A stretch of DNA of 64,000 nucleotides from an uncultured Methanoregulaceae archaeon. Its GTDB lineage: Archaea; Halobacteriota; Methanomicrobia; Methanomicrobiales; Methanospirillaceae. The DNA lies in the NCBI GenBank assembly GCA_963717525.1, contig OY970343.1:1344001-1408000 (forward strand), in the 5' to 3' direction. The translations under genes and the position numbers were made by a program. The notes below the pieces were generated by a model. The model was not told the origin of the DNA, did not search any database, and saw only the letters and a program-made list of their open reading frames with translations. This document shows, piece after piece, positions 9,269 to 19,420 of the stretch. How positions within the stretch are numbered: the first letter of the stretch is position 1; each line of letters starts with the position of its first letter.

Positions 9269-10969
9269 ATGGACAAGGGCAGCTATACATGCGGGACGTC
9301 GGAATTCCCCCTGCTGGGAATGACGATGGGTGAGATGATCGACTATATAGCGACAAAATACCCGGAGACAGAGGCGATTGTCTCTGTCCACCAGAATATC
9401 CGTCTGACGTACCGGGAGTTTCTCGAACGGATCAACCTTGTAGCCCGCGGCCTGATGGGAATGGGCGTGGAGAAGGGTGACCGGGTGGGCATCTGGGCGA
9501 TGAACCATGCCGAATGGGTCGTGATCCAGTTCGCCACTGCAAAGATCGGGGCGATCATGGTCAATATCAACCCCGCCTACCGCACGTACGAGCTCGAGTA
9601 TGTCCTCAAGCAGGCGGAGATCCAGACCCTCTTCCTGCAGGGGCGGTTCAAGACCTCCGATTACGTCGGGATGTTCTACGAGGCCTGCCCCGAAGCCTGG
9701 GAGCAGAAGCCCGGCCATATCTCCTCGGAGAAATTCCCGTTCCTCAAGAACGTGATCTTCATGGGCGACATCCCGTACAACGGCATGTTCACCTGGGACG
9801 AATTCGTTAAGAAAGCGGAGGACATCACCATGGACGAGGTCATTGAACGTGGTGAATCCCTCTCCTTTGACGACCCCATCAACATCCAGTACACGAGCGG
9901 CACCACGGGATTTCCCAAAGGCGTCGTCCTCACCCACCACAGCGTGCTCAACAACGGCTATATTATCGGTGAAGGCATGCGTTTTTCCGAAAAGGATAAG
10001 CTCTGCATCCCCGTCCCGTTCTATCACTGCTTTGGCATGGTTCTCTCCAACATGGCCTGTGCCACCCATGGTTCGACGATGGTCCTGCCCAGCCCCGCCT
10101 TCGATGCCGAGGAAGTCTTAAAGACCGTCGAGAAGGAATGCTGCACTGCCCTCCATGGCGTTCCTACGATGTTTATTGCCGAGCTCACTCACCCCAGTTT
10201 CTCCAAATACAACCTCAGGTCCCTCCGGACCGGTATCATGGCCGGCTCCCCCTGCCCCATCGAAGTGATGAAGCAGGTCAATACGCAGATGCACATGAGC
10301 GAGATCGTGATCGTGTACGGCCAGACCGAGACCTCCCCCGGTGTCACGATGACCACGACAAAAGACCCGGTTGAGCGCCGCGTCACCACTATCGGGCGGG
10401 CGTTCCCGCATACTGAGCTCAAGATCATCGACCCCAAGACCGGCAAGATTATACCGGTCGGAGAGATCGGGGAGATCTGCGCCCGCGGCTACTGCGTGAT
10501 GAAGTGCTATTACAACAACCCGTCGGCCACCCATGCAACGCTCGACAAGGATCACTGGAACCACACGGGTGATCTCGCCACGATGGACGAGGAGGGCTAC
10601 TTCAAGATCGTGGGCCGGTTAAAGGACATGGTGATCCGGGGCGGGGAGAACATCTACCCCCGGGAGATCGAGGAGTTCCTCCACCACCACGAAAAGATCT
10701 CGGATGTATATGTAGTCGGCGTCCCGGACATCAAGTACGGCGAGGAACTCTGCGCATGGGTGAAGATGAAGCAGGGCCAGACCATGACCGAGCAGGAGGT
10801 CAAGGACTTCTGCAAGGGAAAGATCGCCCACTTCAAGATCCCGCGGTATGTCGTGTTCGTCAACGATTTCCCCATAAATATCTCCGGCAAGATCCAGAAG
10901 TACCTGATGCGGGAAGAGTCCATAAAGAAACTCGGGCTCGAAGAGGCGGAAAACATCAAGACCGCGTAA
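9269..10969 (+). CDS. AMP-binding acyl-CoA synthetase (ACSF2/LcfB-like)
   Basis: IQYTSGTTGFPKG, YGQTETSP, HTGDL, GRLKDMVIRGGENIYP motifs. Confidence 0.93.
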   Translation: MDKGSYTCGTSEFPLLGMTMGEMIDYIATKYPETEAIVSVHQNIRLTYREFLERINLVARGLMGMGVEKGDRVGIWAMNHAEWVVIQFATAKIGAIMVNINPAYRTYELEYVLKQAEIQTLFLQGRFKTSDYVGMFYEACPEAWEQKPGHISSEKFPFLKNVIFMGDIPYNGMFTWDEFVKKAEDITMDEVIERGESLSFDDPINIQYTSGTTGFPKGVVLTHHSVLNNGYIIGEGMRFSEKDKLCIPVPFYHCFGMVLSNMACATHGSTMVLPSPAFDAEEVLKTVEKECCTALHGVPTMFIAELTHPSFSKYNLRSLRTGIMAGSPCPIEVMKQVNTQMHMSEIVIVYGQTETSPGVTMTTTKDPVERRVTTIGRAFPHTELKIIDPKTGKIIPVGEIGEICARGYCVMKCYYNNPSATHATLDKDHWNHTGDLATMDEEGYFKIVGRLKDMVIRGGENIYPREIEEFLHHHEKISDVYVVGVPDIKYGEELCAWVKMKQGQTMTEQEVKDFCKGKIAHFKIPRYVVFVNDFPINISGKIQKYLMREESIKKLGLEEAENIKTA

Positions 10970-11067
10970 AGGAAACGGGCGGGATTTTCACTTTTTTTTC
11001 CCGTTCACCGGTTGGATTGGGATGGTTCTGATCAGTTGAGAAATGAGCGAGTTGGTCAATCCCGCAA

Positions 11068-11234
11068 CGATGGCTACCGCCGCCCCCGAAGGGACGCCCC
11101 CGCGGCGGGCAAGGGGCTAAGAATACTATGAAAAAGATAATGTTCCGGCAATTAGCAGATACCATGCCCAAAAATTGCGAACAACTGCCTTGCCCCGCCG
11201 TGCCCCGGAGGGGCCCTGAGGCGGGGAACCATCG
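11068..11234. repeat. REPIN-like paired palindromic element (inverted orientation)
   Basis: Ends CGATGGCT...AACCATCG are inverted repeats; arms match 8634-8783; lies between convergent genes. Confidence 0.85.
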
Positions 11235-11300
11235 TTATCCATAGGAAAAGATTTTCCGGTTTTTGACGAAACGTCCGGGCTTAGCAAAAATGGGGGAACC

Positions 11301-12740
11301 CTATCCCTCCACCACTCTCTCCCCGCTCCGTCTTCCCCGGGCAAGGGAGAAGAAGATCCCGGCAAGGCACATCACAGTAAAGAGGACAAACGCCCAGTGC
11401 AGGCTCTCGGTGAACTGCGGGTAATTCGCGGGCGTGATCTCCACCTGCCCGATCACGATGGCAAAGATCATCATCGCAACACCCATGGAAAGCATCTGCC
11501 CCAAAAGGCGCATCGTCGAGTTGATACCGGATGCCACACCGTAATATTTCTTGTCCACGGCGCTCATGATGGCGTTGATGTTCGGGGACGAGAAGAGCCC
11601 GAAGCCGATGCCGAGGATGATAAGCACCACGATGATGTACCAGAGCGGGGTCGACTCATTGAGAAAGATGAAGAGGAAGAGACCAAAAGCGGTCAGCCCC
11701 ATGCCCAGCGACGAGAGTACCTGGGAGTCATGCTTGTCCGAGAGCTTCCCTGCAAACGGGGAGACGATCATCTGGAAAAACGGCGAGGCAATGAGGATGA
11801 ACCCGGCATATTCCGCCGAGAACCCCTTGGTGTACTGGAGGTCGAGGCTGAGCAGGAAGGCAACCGCGTAAGTAGCGGAATAGTTGATCAGCGCTGCGAT
11901 ATTCGAGAACGCGAAGATCCGGCTTTTGAAGAACAGCTGCATGTTCAGGACCGGGAATGCCTGCCGTTGCTCGTACCAGACGAACACGCCAATCAGAACA
12001 ACAGCGGCAACCAGAAGGACGCCCCCGGTAATATCGGGAAGCACGGAGAAGCCGACCATGAGTGCGACCAGGCCGAGGCTGTAGATGAGCGAACCGGTAA
12101 GATCAAACTTTTCGCCGACGCACTCTGCCCACTCGCCCCGGAGTTTCCAGACGATCAGGATCGCAGCGGCGATCGCGATGGGCACGTTGATGTAGAAGAT
12201 GCTCCGCCAGCCAAAGACATCGGTCAGGACACCCCCGAAGAATGGCCCGAGCGAGAGGCCCAGGTACACGGAGGTGATGTAGATCCCCAGTGCCCTGCCC
12301 CGCTCCCCCGGGGGGAAGACTGCGGTCAGGATGGCAATCGCGGTACCGAAGATCATGGCAGCACCGACCCCCTGGATGATCCGGACGGTGATCATCTGCT
12401 GCTCGGTGGCGACCAGCGTCATGATAAACGAGGCGGCGCCAAACACACAGATCCCCCACAGGAAGATCTTCTTCCTCCCGTAGATGTCGGCAAGTTTCCC
12501 GAAAGGGACAAGGAAAAGTGCGGAGGCAAGGAGGTAAGCGGTTGCCACCCAGAAGAGGGAGATCGCGTCCATGTGGAACACATTGCCGATCGTGGGAAGA
12601 GCGATATTGACTGCTGAGCTGTCAAACGGCGTAAGAAAGCCGGCGAGGATCGCGATCAGGAGGACTATGCGTTTTTCCGTTGAGGTTACCGGGAAGGGCC
12701 GGAGTACGGCAGATTGCTGGCTCCTGGTGGCCCGGATCAC
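11301..12740 (-). CDS. MFS transporter, DHA2 (14-TM) drug:H+ antiporter type
   Basis: DSSAVNIALP, GKLADIYGRKK, ERGRALG, WRSIFYINVP motifs; start uncertain. Confidence 0.92.
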   Translation of the reverse strand: MIRATRSQQSAVLRPFPVTSTEKRIVLLIAILAGFLTPFDSSAVNIALPTIGNVFHMDAISLFWVATAYLLASALFLVPFGKLADIYGRKKIFLWGICVFGAASFIMTLVATEQQMITVRIIQGVGAAMIFGTAIAILTAVFPPGERGRALGIYITSVYLGLSLGPFFGGVLTDVFGWRSIFYINVPIAIAAAILIVWKLRGEWAECVGEKFDLTGSLIYSLGLVALMVGFSVLPDITGGVLLVAAVVLIGVFVWYEQRQAFPVLNMQLFFKSRIFAFSNIAALINYSATYAVAFLLSLDLQYTKGFSAEYAGFILIASPFFQMIVSPFAGKLSDKHDSQVLSSLGMGLTAFGLFLFIFLNESTPLWYIIVVLIILGIGFGLFSSPNINAIMSAVDKKYYGVASGINSTMRLLGQMLSMGVAMMIFAIVIGQVEITPANYPQFTESLHWAFVLFTVMCLAGIFFSLARGRRSGERVVEG

Positions 12741-12885
12741 ATTCGGGGAGTTTATCCGTTGACATCGTACACACGGGAGAAATCAGACGTTATCTGAAGG
12801 TTGTGGACTGAAAGGACGCGGCAGGGCCGGGCGGTTCACGGCGCCCGGTTGTATCGCGGTTTTTTTAGTACACTGCAGTACCCGG

Positions 12886-13074
12886 TCAGAACACACCGAA
12901 CCATGCCATATAGGACAGGATCACCATGATGACCACAAGCCCGATCAGGATTTTGAACCCGCAATGTTCGCAGATTCCAAAGGCCGAAGAATGGCAGTCA
13001 TGGCAATACTCGGATTTGCAAACCCGGCAGGTCTTTGAGTGCTCATGATCCGGGTGGTTATCGCAACACGTCAT
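12886..13074 (-). CDS. Small Cys/His-rich (B-box-like zinc finger) protein with C-terminal TM
   Basis: CDNH...CRVC...CHDC...CEHC followed by a hydrophobic tail. Confidence 0.75.
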   Translation of the reverse strand: MTCCDNHPDHEHSKTCRVCKSEYCHDCHSSAFGICEHCGFKILIGLVVIMVILSYMAWFGVF

Positions 13075-13214
13075 ATTTCACCGGTTCGGTCTGAAATGGT
13101 AAAGATGTGTCGGATTTACCCCTTTTTTTGCCCGTGCCGGACCGGTCCAGGGAACGTACGTCTCCGGGTGAGCCGGCCAGATGGATCTTCCAGGGTTCCG
13201 GGTAACCGGTCCTT

Positions 13215-14543
13215 TCACGCAGGTGTTTGCGCACGCCGGATGAGATCTGCGGCCGCGTGGGCTGCGTGCGTGAGGATCTCCTGCTCGCCGGGGATCTCGC
13301 GTTCCAGCATCAGCACACGGCCGTTGCAGATCGTGGTCTCCACGGCAGCCCCGCTGCAGGCATAGACGAGATTTGAGGCGGCGTTATGAAGCGGCGTGGT
13401 GCAGGGCAGGTGAGTGGATACAAGGATGAGATCGGCCGGTGCGCCCCCGTCAAGGGTGCCGGTGCCAAAGCCCAGCGCCTTTGCGCCGTTTGTGGTCGCC
13501 ATCGCAAGCGCAGCCGGCGCCGGGAGAATGGTCGGATCGTTCCAGAAGAACTTCTGCAACAGGGCGGCCATCTTTACTTCCTCGAAGAGATCGAGGTTGT
13601 TGTTCGAGGCGCATCCGTCAGTCCCGATGCAGACGTTTGCCCCGGCGCGGGCAGCTCGCGGTACGGCATCGCCCGGTGGGTGGCAAGCTTCATGTTGCTT
13701 GCCGGGTTGTGGGCGACGTGCACACCCCTTTTCCCGAGAAGCGCACATTCCGCATCATCCAGCCAGCACCCGTGTGCCGCAATGGTCTTTGGTGTCAGGA
13801 CGCCGCACTCATCCAGCAGCGCGGCCGGCCGTTTCCCGTGCTGCGCGACACAGTCGGTCACCTCTTTTTCGGTCTCCGAGAGGTGGATGTGGAGGGGGAT
13901 ATCCTGCTCGTGGGCAAATTCCGCGCACCATTTCAGTCCTTCAGGGGAGACGGTGTAGGGGGCGTGCGGGCCGGGCAGCGGCACGGATCCGGGAGTTGTT
14001 CTTTTTCCTGATGTGGGCGACCAGCGCCTCGGTGGCTTTGCACTCGCGCTCCCGTTTCTCCGCGTCGCCAAGATCGATGAACCCGTAGCAGAGCAGGGCG
14101 CGGATACCGGCCTCGTTCACCGCACGGGCGGCATCCTCCATGAAGAAGTACATATCGTTGAATGCAGTCGTTCCGGTCCGGATCATCTCGGTGCAGGCAA
14201 GCTTCGTCCCCCAGTACACGTCCTCCCCGGTCAGGTGGGCTTCAAGCGGCCAGATCTTCTGGTTGAGCCAGTCCTGCAGGATCATATCATCCGCGTAGCC
14301 CCGCAACAGCGACATCGCCGCGTGGGTGTGGGTATTTGAGAGACCGGGCAGCGCCAGTGCGCCGTCGCCATCGATGATAAACTCCGCTTCGCCCCGGTGG
14401 CGTTTCCGGATGTCGTGGCCGATATCGGTGATCGTCTCCGACGCGTCGATAAAGATGTCCACCGGCCCGTCGCCGTGGATGACGTTTGTGATGAGCACGG
14501 ATTTGTTCTTCCCGAAGAGGTCGGCCGTTTCTGGTGTTGTCAT
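13215..14543 (-). CDS. dadD: 5'-deoxyadenosine/MTA/SAH deaminase (amidohydrolase); two frameshifts (~13975, ~13655)
   Basis: Three ORF pieces give LPGLSNTHTHAAM, GPHAPYT...HIHLSET, HNPASNMKL and IGTDGCASNNNLD. Confidence 0.85.
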
Positions 14544-14560
14544 TCCCGTATCTCCTAATC

Positions 14561-15232
14561 TTATCCCATCTGCCGGATGATCGATCCGAGGATCTCCCCG
14601 GTCCGGTGGCTGTATGCCTTTGATGTGGAGAGGATGTGGTCAAAGGTGAGCACCTCGGCCCCGAGGCCGTTTGCATAGTTGTCAATCGTGCAGAGCGCAG
14701 CAAAGTCCATGCCCAGTTCGCAGGCAAGGGTCGCTTCCGAGGCGACCGTCATCCCCACGATATCGGCGATCTTCGCGAGTGTTTTCACCTCGGCAACCGT
14801 CTCGATCCTCGGTCCCTTCGTCTGGACATAGACGCCCCCGAGCCGGGCTTCGGACACGACCGCAGAGAGTTTCTCTGCAAGTGCCCGGGAGAGTTCAGGC
14901 CGGACATGCTCAATCGCATGGTCGTGGATAGAGGGGATGTCGGTCATGCTGATGTAATCGGTCGGGATGAGGATGGTGCCGGGCGGGATCTCCTTTTTGA
15001 GCGAACCCGAGGAGCCGAACGCGACGATCCGGTCGACACCGGCGATTGCCATGGCCGCAAGGTTTGCCCGGAAATTGATCCGGTGAGGCGGCCGGCCATA
15101 CTGGTGGCGCATCAGCATCACGATCTCGCCGGAGAGAAGGTCTGCGTTGCCAAACGGTGTGGCCACGCTCTCTTTTTTGAGATCGGGGATGGTCGAAAAG
15201 AGCAGGCTTGTCCCACCGATGATACCAAGCAT
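14561..15232 (-). CDS. MTAP family purine nucleoside phosphorylase (methylthioinosine phosphorylase-like)
   Basis: GIIGGT, RHQYGRPPHRINFRAN, GPRIETVAE, VGMTVASEA; adjacent to the deaminase. Confidence 0.9.
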   Translation of the reverse strand: MLGIIGGTSLLFSTIPDLKKESVATPFGNADLLSGEIVMLMRHQYGRPPHRINFRANLAAMAIAGVDRIVAFGSSGSLKKEIPPGTILIPTDYISMTDIPSIHDHAIEHVRPELSRALAEKLSAVVSEARLGGVYVQTKGPRIETVAEVKTLAKIADIVGMTVASEATLACELGMDFAALCTIDNYANGLGAEVLTFDHILSTSKAYSHRTGEILGSIIRQMG

Positions 15233-15397
15233 CAGGAGATTCCCCCTGCACCTTTGCCGGAAATCCTTTGCATATACACGAGCCGGGCCATGGGTCTTCG
15301 AAGAAGGATTGGGTGCCCCGGCTCTAATACCTAGCGAAAGGCGGGACGACCGTCCCGACCATTAAACGTAAAAACGTCCCTGCCCCACTATCTTCTC

Positions 15398-16613
15398 ATG
15401 GGCATGTTCGATACCGTCAGCGACGAGACGATAAAACGGGGGGAATGCACGGATATCTATTTTATCCGCACCGAGGAGGTCCTCGCGAGAGAAAAGGTCA
15501 ACCCGCTCGTGACCATGGAGGTGACGGCGGCGGCGCTCCCGGACAGCTGGGGGATCGCCTGCGGGTTGTCCGATGTGCTCGCGCTCCTTTCCGGAGTTCC
15601 GGTCACGGTCGATGCGATGCCGGAGGGGACCCTCTTTTACCCGGGCGAACCGGTGCTGCGCATCACCGGGCACTACCGTGACTTCTGCCGGTACGAGACC
15701 GCGATCCTCGGGTTCCTCTGCCATGCCTCCGGGATCGCGTCTGCCACCGCTCATATCATGTGCGAAGCAAAAGGCCGGCCCGTCTATTCCTTTGGTTCCC
15801 GGCGGCAGCACCCGGCTATCGCAACCATGATCGAGCGGGCAGCATGGATCGGGGGTGTCGACGGTGTCTCCAATACCTGCGCGCCCCCCGGCATGCCGAT
15901 CGTCGGCACCATGCCCCACGCGATGGTGATGTGCTTTGATACGCCGGAAGATGCGTGGCGCGCCTTTGACCGCGACGCACCGGCCGATGTCCCCCGGATC
16001 ATGCTCTGCGACACCTACTGCGATGAGAAGACCGAGTCGCTGCGTGCTGCCGGGTGCGGCGCAACCGCGGTCCGGCTCGACACCCCCCGGTCCCGCAGGG
16101 GAGATATGCGGGCCATCATCGAAGAAGTCCGCTGGGAGCTGGACTCGCACGGGTATTCGCAGGTGAAGATCTTCCTCTCGGGAGGAGTGACAAGGGAGGA
16201 CGTGATCTTATACCGGGACTGCGTCGATGCATTCGGGATCGGCGGCGCAATCGCAAACGCCTCTGTCATCGATTTTGCCATGGACATCGTGGAGATCGGG
16301 AAAAAACCCAAAGCAAAACGGGGAAAGAAGAGCGGGACAAAGCAGATCTACCGAGCTCGTCTGCGGGAAACACCGGATCCTTCCCGTGGGGCAGGCCTCA
16401 CCTGCAAATGCCATTCCGCTCCTGAAACCCTGCATTGTTGATGGCCGCATCGTGCAGCAGCCGGACATGCAGAAAGCGCGAAAACGGGTGCTTGCTTGGA
16501 TACGCCATGCTACAGAAACGGCCGGGGAGAAGAAGGAGCCGGTAAAAAAGAACGGGAAAAACGGCTCGCAGAAGAAAGTGTCCGCTTCATCTGATGGACG
16601 AAACCCCGCTTGA
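15398..16613 (+). CDS. pncB: Nicotinate phosphoribosyltransferase (frameshift ~16350)
   Basis: TDIYF, FGSRRQHP, GTMPHA, VRLDTP, SGG, FGIG, AKRGK motifs; C-terminus continues in the 16227-16613 frame. Confidence 0.88.
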
Positions 16614-16675
16614 ACAGGAAAGATAGAGCAGTACCACCAATTCTTTTAACCTATGCCGTGCAACAATGGTAAAGC

Positions 16676-16747
16676 GGGCTGGTGGTAAAGTGGTATTACG
16701 CTCCCTTGGCATGGGAGAGGCCGCGGGTTCAATTCCCGCCCAGTCCA
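16676..16747 (+). tRNA. tRNA-Ala(GGC)
   Basis: GGGCTGG/CCAGTCC acceptor stem with G3:U70; anticodon arm CTCCC-TTGGCAT-GGGAG; TTCAATT T-loop. Confidence 0.95.
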
Positions 16748-16874
16748 TCCTTTTTGTTTTTCCGGAACGCTTTTTGTGATCGGGTATTTTCCGATCCCCT
16801 GGCAACATTTCGGGATCCGTCATCCTTTTCGCGGATACTATTTATACTACAACTCCTCTCGTTATTTTGATACC

Positions 16875-17504
16875 ATGCGCATCCGAGACCTGATCCTGCC
16901 TGAAGACCAGATCTTTTTTACCCTCTTCAAGGATATGGCTGCAAAGATCAAAGAGGCAGCGGCGACCTTAAACGAGATCACCCACGAGCTCCCGGAAGGC
17001 ACGGAGAAATCCCACAAGGTGCGCCAGATCGAGCACCTCGGCGACGAGACTACCCGGCACATCTACGAGCGCCTCAACGAGTCGCTCATCACGCCGCTTG
17101 AACCGGACGAGATAGCCCGCCTTGCCCCGGCCTTTGACGACGTACTGGACAAGCTTGACTGGGTGACCCACCAGCTTGCCACCTACGGCCTTTCGCAGTC
17201 AAACGACGTCCTCAAGGAATACTCGTACCTGATCGTCATGACCGGCAACGAGATTGCCGATGCACTGGACGCCCTCGCCACCCTCAGCCACCCGGCCGAT
17301 GTGAGCAGCCACGTCATCGAGATCAGCCGGCTCTATAATCTGTCCGGAGAACTTCTCTCCCGGGCCGTCCTCGACCTTTTCAAGACACAGGACCTGCTCC
17401 TGATCATCAAGCTCAAGGATATCTACGAGAGCATGGCAAAGGTGATGGAGAAGTGCAACGATGTCGGGCACGCACTCTCTGACATCTCTATGAGCCATAC
17501 ATGA
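16875..17504 (+). CDS. DUF47 (PhoU-like) phosphate transport regulator, copy 1
   Basis: IEHLGDETTRHIYERLNESLITPL, KLKDIYE. Confidence 0.9.
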   Translation: MRIRDLILPEDQIFFTLFKDMAAKIKEAAATLNEITHELPEGTEKSHKVRQIEHLGDETTRHIYERLNESLITPLEPDEIARLAPAFDDVLDKLDWVTHQLATYGLSQSNDVLKEYSYLIVMTGNEIADALDALATLSHPADVSSHVIEISRLYNLSGELLSRAVLDLFKTQDLLLIIKLKDIYESMAKVMEKCNDVGHALSDISMSHT

Positions 17505-18694
17505 CCATCTTCGATCCCGTCATCCTGTTTGGTATCTTCATCGCGCTGGTGCTGAATTTTTTCAACGGGCTCACCGATTCTGCACAGGGAGTTGCAACGG
17601 TGGTCGCAACCCGGGCTCTCTCCCCGGCAAAGGCGGTTTTTTTAACCGGGGTCTGCAACATGTTCGGCCCCTTTGTCTTCACGACGGCAGTTGCCGCAAC
17701 GATCGGGACTGCCATTGTCTATCCCGATACCCTCACCCCGGCGACCATTATCATCGGCATGCTCGTGTCCATCACCTTAGTATTTTCTGCCACCCGGATC
17801 GGAATCCCCCTCTCCAGCAGCCATGCACTCATCGGCGGCCTTATCGGGTCCAGTGTCGCGGCGTTCGGGCTTTCGGCAGTCATCCTCCCTGATGCGAGCG
17901 TGGTACTTCACGTACTAGCATGGGGTCTCTTTGGAGGCCTCGTCGGCGCCATTATCATTTTCTTTGTCACGGCAGCCTTCCATGGCGATGTCCGGCTGGC
18001 CCTTCTCGTGGGGGCAATATGCGGGGCGGGTCTTGCCATCCCCATCCTGATAGTCCTTGGCGTGCTCAAGGTCACCGGCCTACTGGTGGTTGTCCTGTTC
18101 ATCTTCATCTCCCCGGTCCTTGGGGCGGTCATCGCATTTCTCTTCGATGTACTCGTCTCGCATCTTTTCCGGACCTCCCGCCAGGACCGGATGAAAAGGA
18201 TCTTTACGCCGCTCCAGGTCCTTGCCTGCCTCTTCCAGGCTACCGGCCACGGGGCAAACGACGGGATGCACGCGGTGGGTGCGATCACCGCCCTCCTCGT
18301 CTCGGCAGGCCTCCTCTCCACCTTTGCCGTCCCGACCTGGGTAATCCTGCTGTCGGCCATCGCCATCGGCCTTGGCACCTGTTTTGGCGGCTGGAAGGTG
18401 GTGGACAAGATGGCAAAAGGGATCACGAAGATCCGGCCCTACCAGGGGTTCTGTGCCGGGACCTCCGGTAGTGCGACGCTCGCGTTTGTTACGATGCACG
18501 GCATCCCCGTCTCGTCAAATCATATTATCAGCGGTGCGATTGTGGGGGTTGGGGTGACACGGGGGAAAAATGCGGTCCACTGGGATGTCGTGCGCCAGAT
18601 GATGACGGCATGGGTGATCACCATCCCGCTTGCAGCAGCCTGCGCTTTTATCGGGTACCTTCTCTTTGCGACGGTACACTCGGTTCTCCTGTGA
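17501..18694 (+). CDS. Inorganic phosphate transporter (PiT), divergent copy 1
   Basis: NGLTDSA, PLSSSHALIGG, HGAND, GIPVSSNH. Confidence 0.9.
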   Translation: MTIFDPVILFGIFIALVLNFFNGLTDSAQGVATVVATRALSPAKAVFLTGVCNMFGPFVFTTAVAATIGTAIVYPDTLTPATIIIGMLVSITLVFSATRIGIPLSSSHALIGGLIGSSVAAFGLSAVILPDASVVLHVLAWGLFGGLVGAIIIFFVTAAFHGDVRLALLVGAICGAGLAIPILIVLGVLKVTGLLVVVLFIFISPVLGAVIAFLFDVLVSHLFRTSRQDRMKRIFTPLQVLACLFQATGHGANDGMHAVGAITALLVSAGLLSTFAVPTWVILLSAIAIGLGTCFGGWKVVDKMAKGITKIRPYQGFCAGTSGSATLAFVTMHGIPVSSNHIISGAIVGVGVTRGKNAVHWDVVRQMMTAWVITIPLAAACAFIGYLLFATVHSVLL

Positions 18695-18751
18695 GAACCA
18701 TATTTCGCTATATTTTTCAGGTCGCTCGACTGATTACCACTGGGTTTGTGT

Positions 18752-19381
18752 ATGGGCTTACGGGAATTGCTGATTCCGCAGGACAAGATATTTTTCGACA
18801 TGTTTGAACGCCAGGCCGCGACGGTACGGGAGGCGGCGTACCAGCTGGTGACACTGAGCGAGGACTTTACCAATGTCAGGGAGAAACGGCATGCAATCGA
18901 ACTGCTCGAGCACCAAGGCGACCAGATCACCCACAGCATCTACGAGCAGCTGAACCGGACATTCATCACCCCGCTCGACCCGGAGGAGATCTCAAAGCTC
19001 GCATCTGCGCTTGACGACGTAATGGACTACATCGACAGCTCGGCCGAGAAGATGTTCTACTATGGCATCGATAACACCGATGCCCACATGGTGGAACTCT
19101 CAAAGCTGATCCATCTCTCAGCCGTCGAGATCGAGGGAGCGGTCAAGGGGATCCGTTCGATAAAAGACCCACGGTATATTGAGGAACGCTGCATCGAGGT
19201 GAACAGGCTTGAGAACCTCGCCGACGATGTGCTTGCCCACGCGGTGACCGATCTCTTCAAGACCAGTGACGCGATAGCGATCATCAAGCTCAAGGACATC
19301 TACGAGAACCTTGAAACGGCAACCGATTACTGCGAGGACGTGGCAAACGTACTCTCCGATATCGCCATCCGGCACTCGTGA
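18752..19381 (+). CDS. DUF47 (PhoU-like) phosphate transport regulator, copy 2
   Basis: LEHQGDQITHSIYEQLNRTFITPLD, LENLAD, LETATDYCEDVA. Confidence 0.92.
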   Translation: MGLRELLIPQDKIFFDMFERQAATVREAAYQLVTLSEDFTNVREKRHAIELLEHQGDQITHSIYEQLNRTFITPLDPEEISKLASALDDVMDYIDSSAEKMFYYGIDNTDAHMVELSKLIHLSAVEIEGAVKGIRSIKDPRYIEERCIEVNRLENLADDVLAHAVTDLFKTSDAIAIIKLKDIYENLETATDYCEDVANVLSDIAIRHS

Positions 19382-19420
19382 GGTGATGGCGTTGAACCAG
19401 ACTGTGCGGGGAGGGCTGAT

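Noticed and set aside
15280..15324. SECIS element
   Set aside because: No nearby gene has an in-frame TGA at a Cys position, and the hairpin is not in a 3' UTR.
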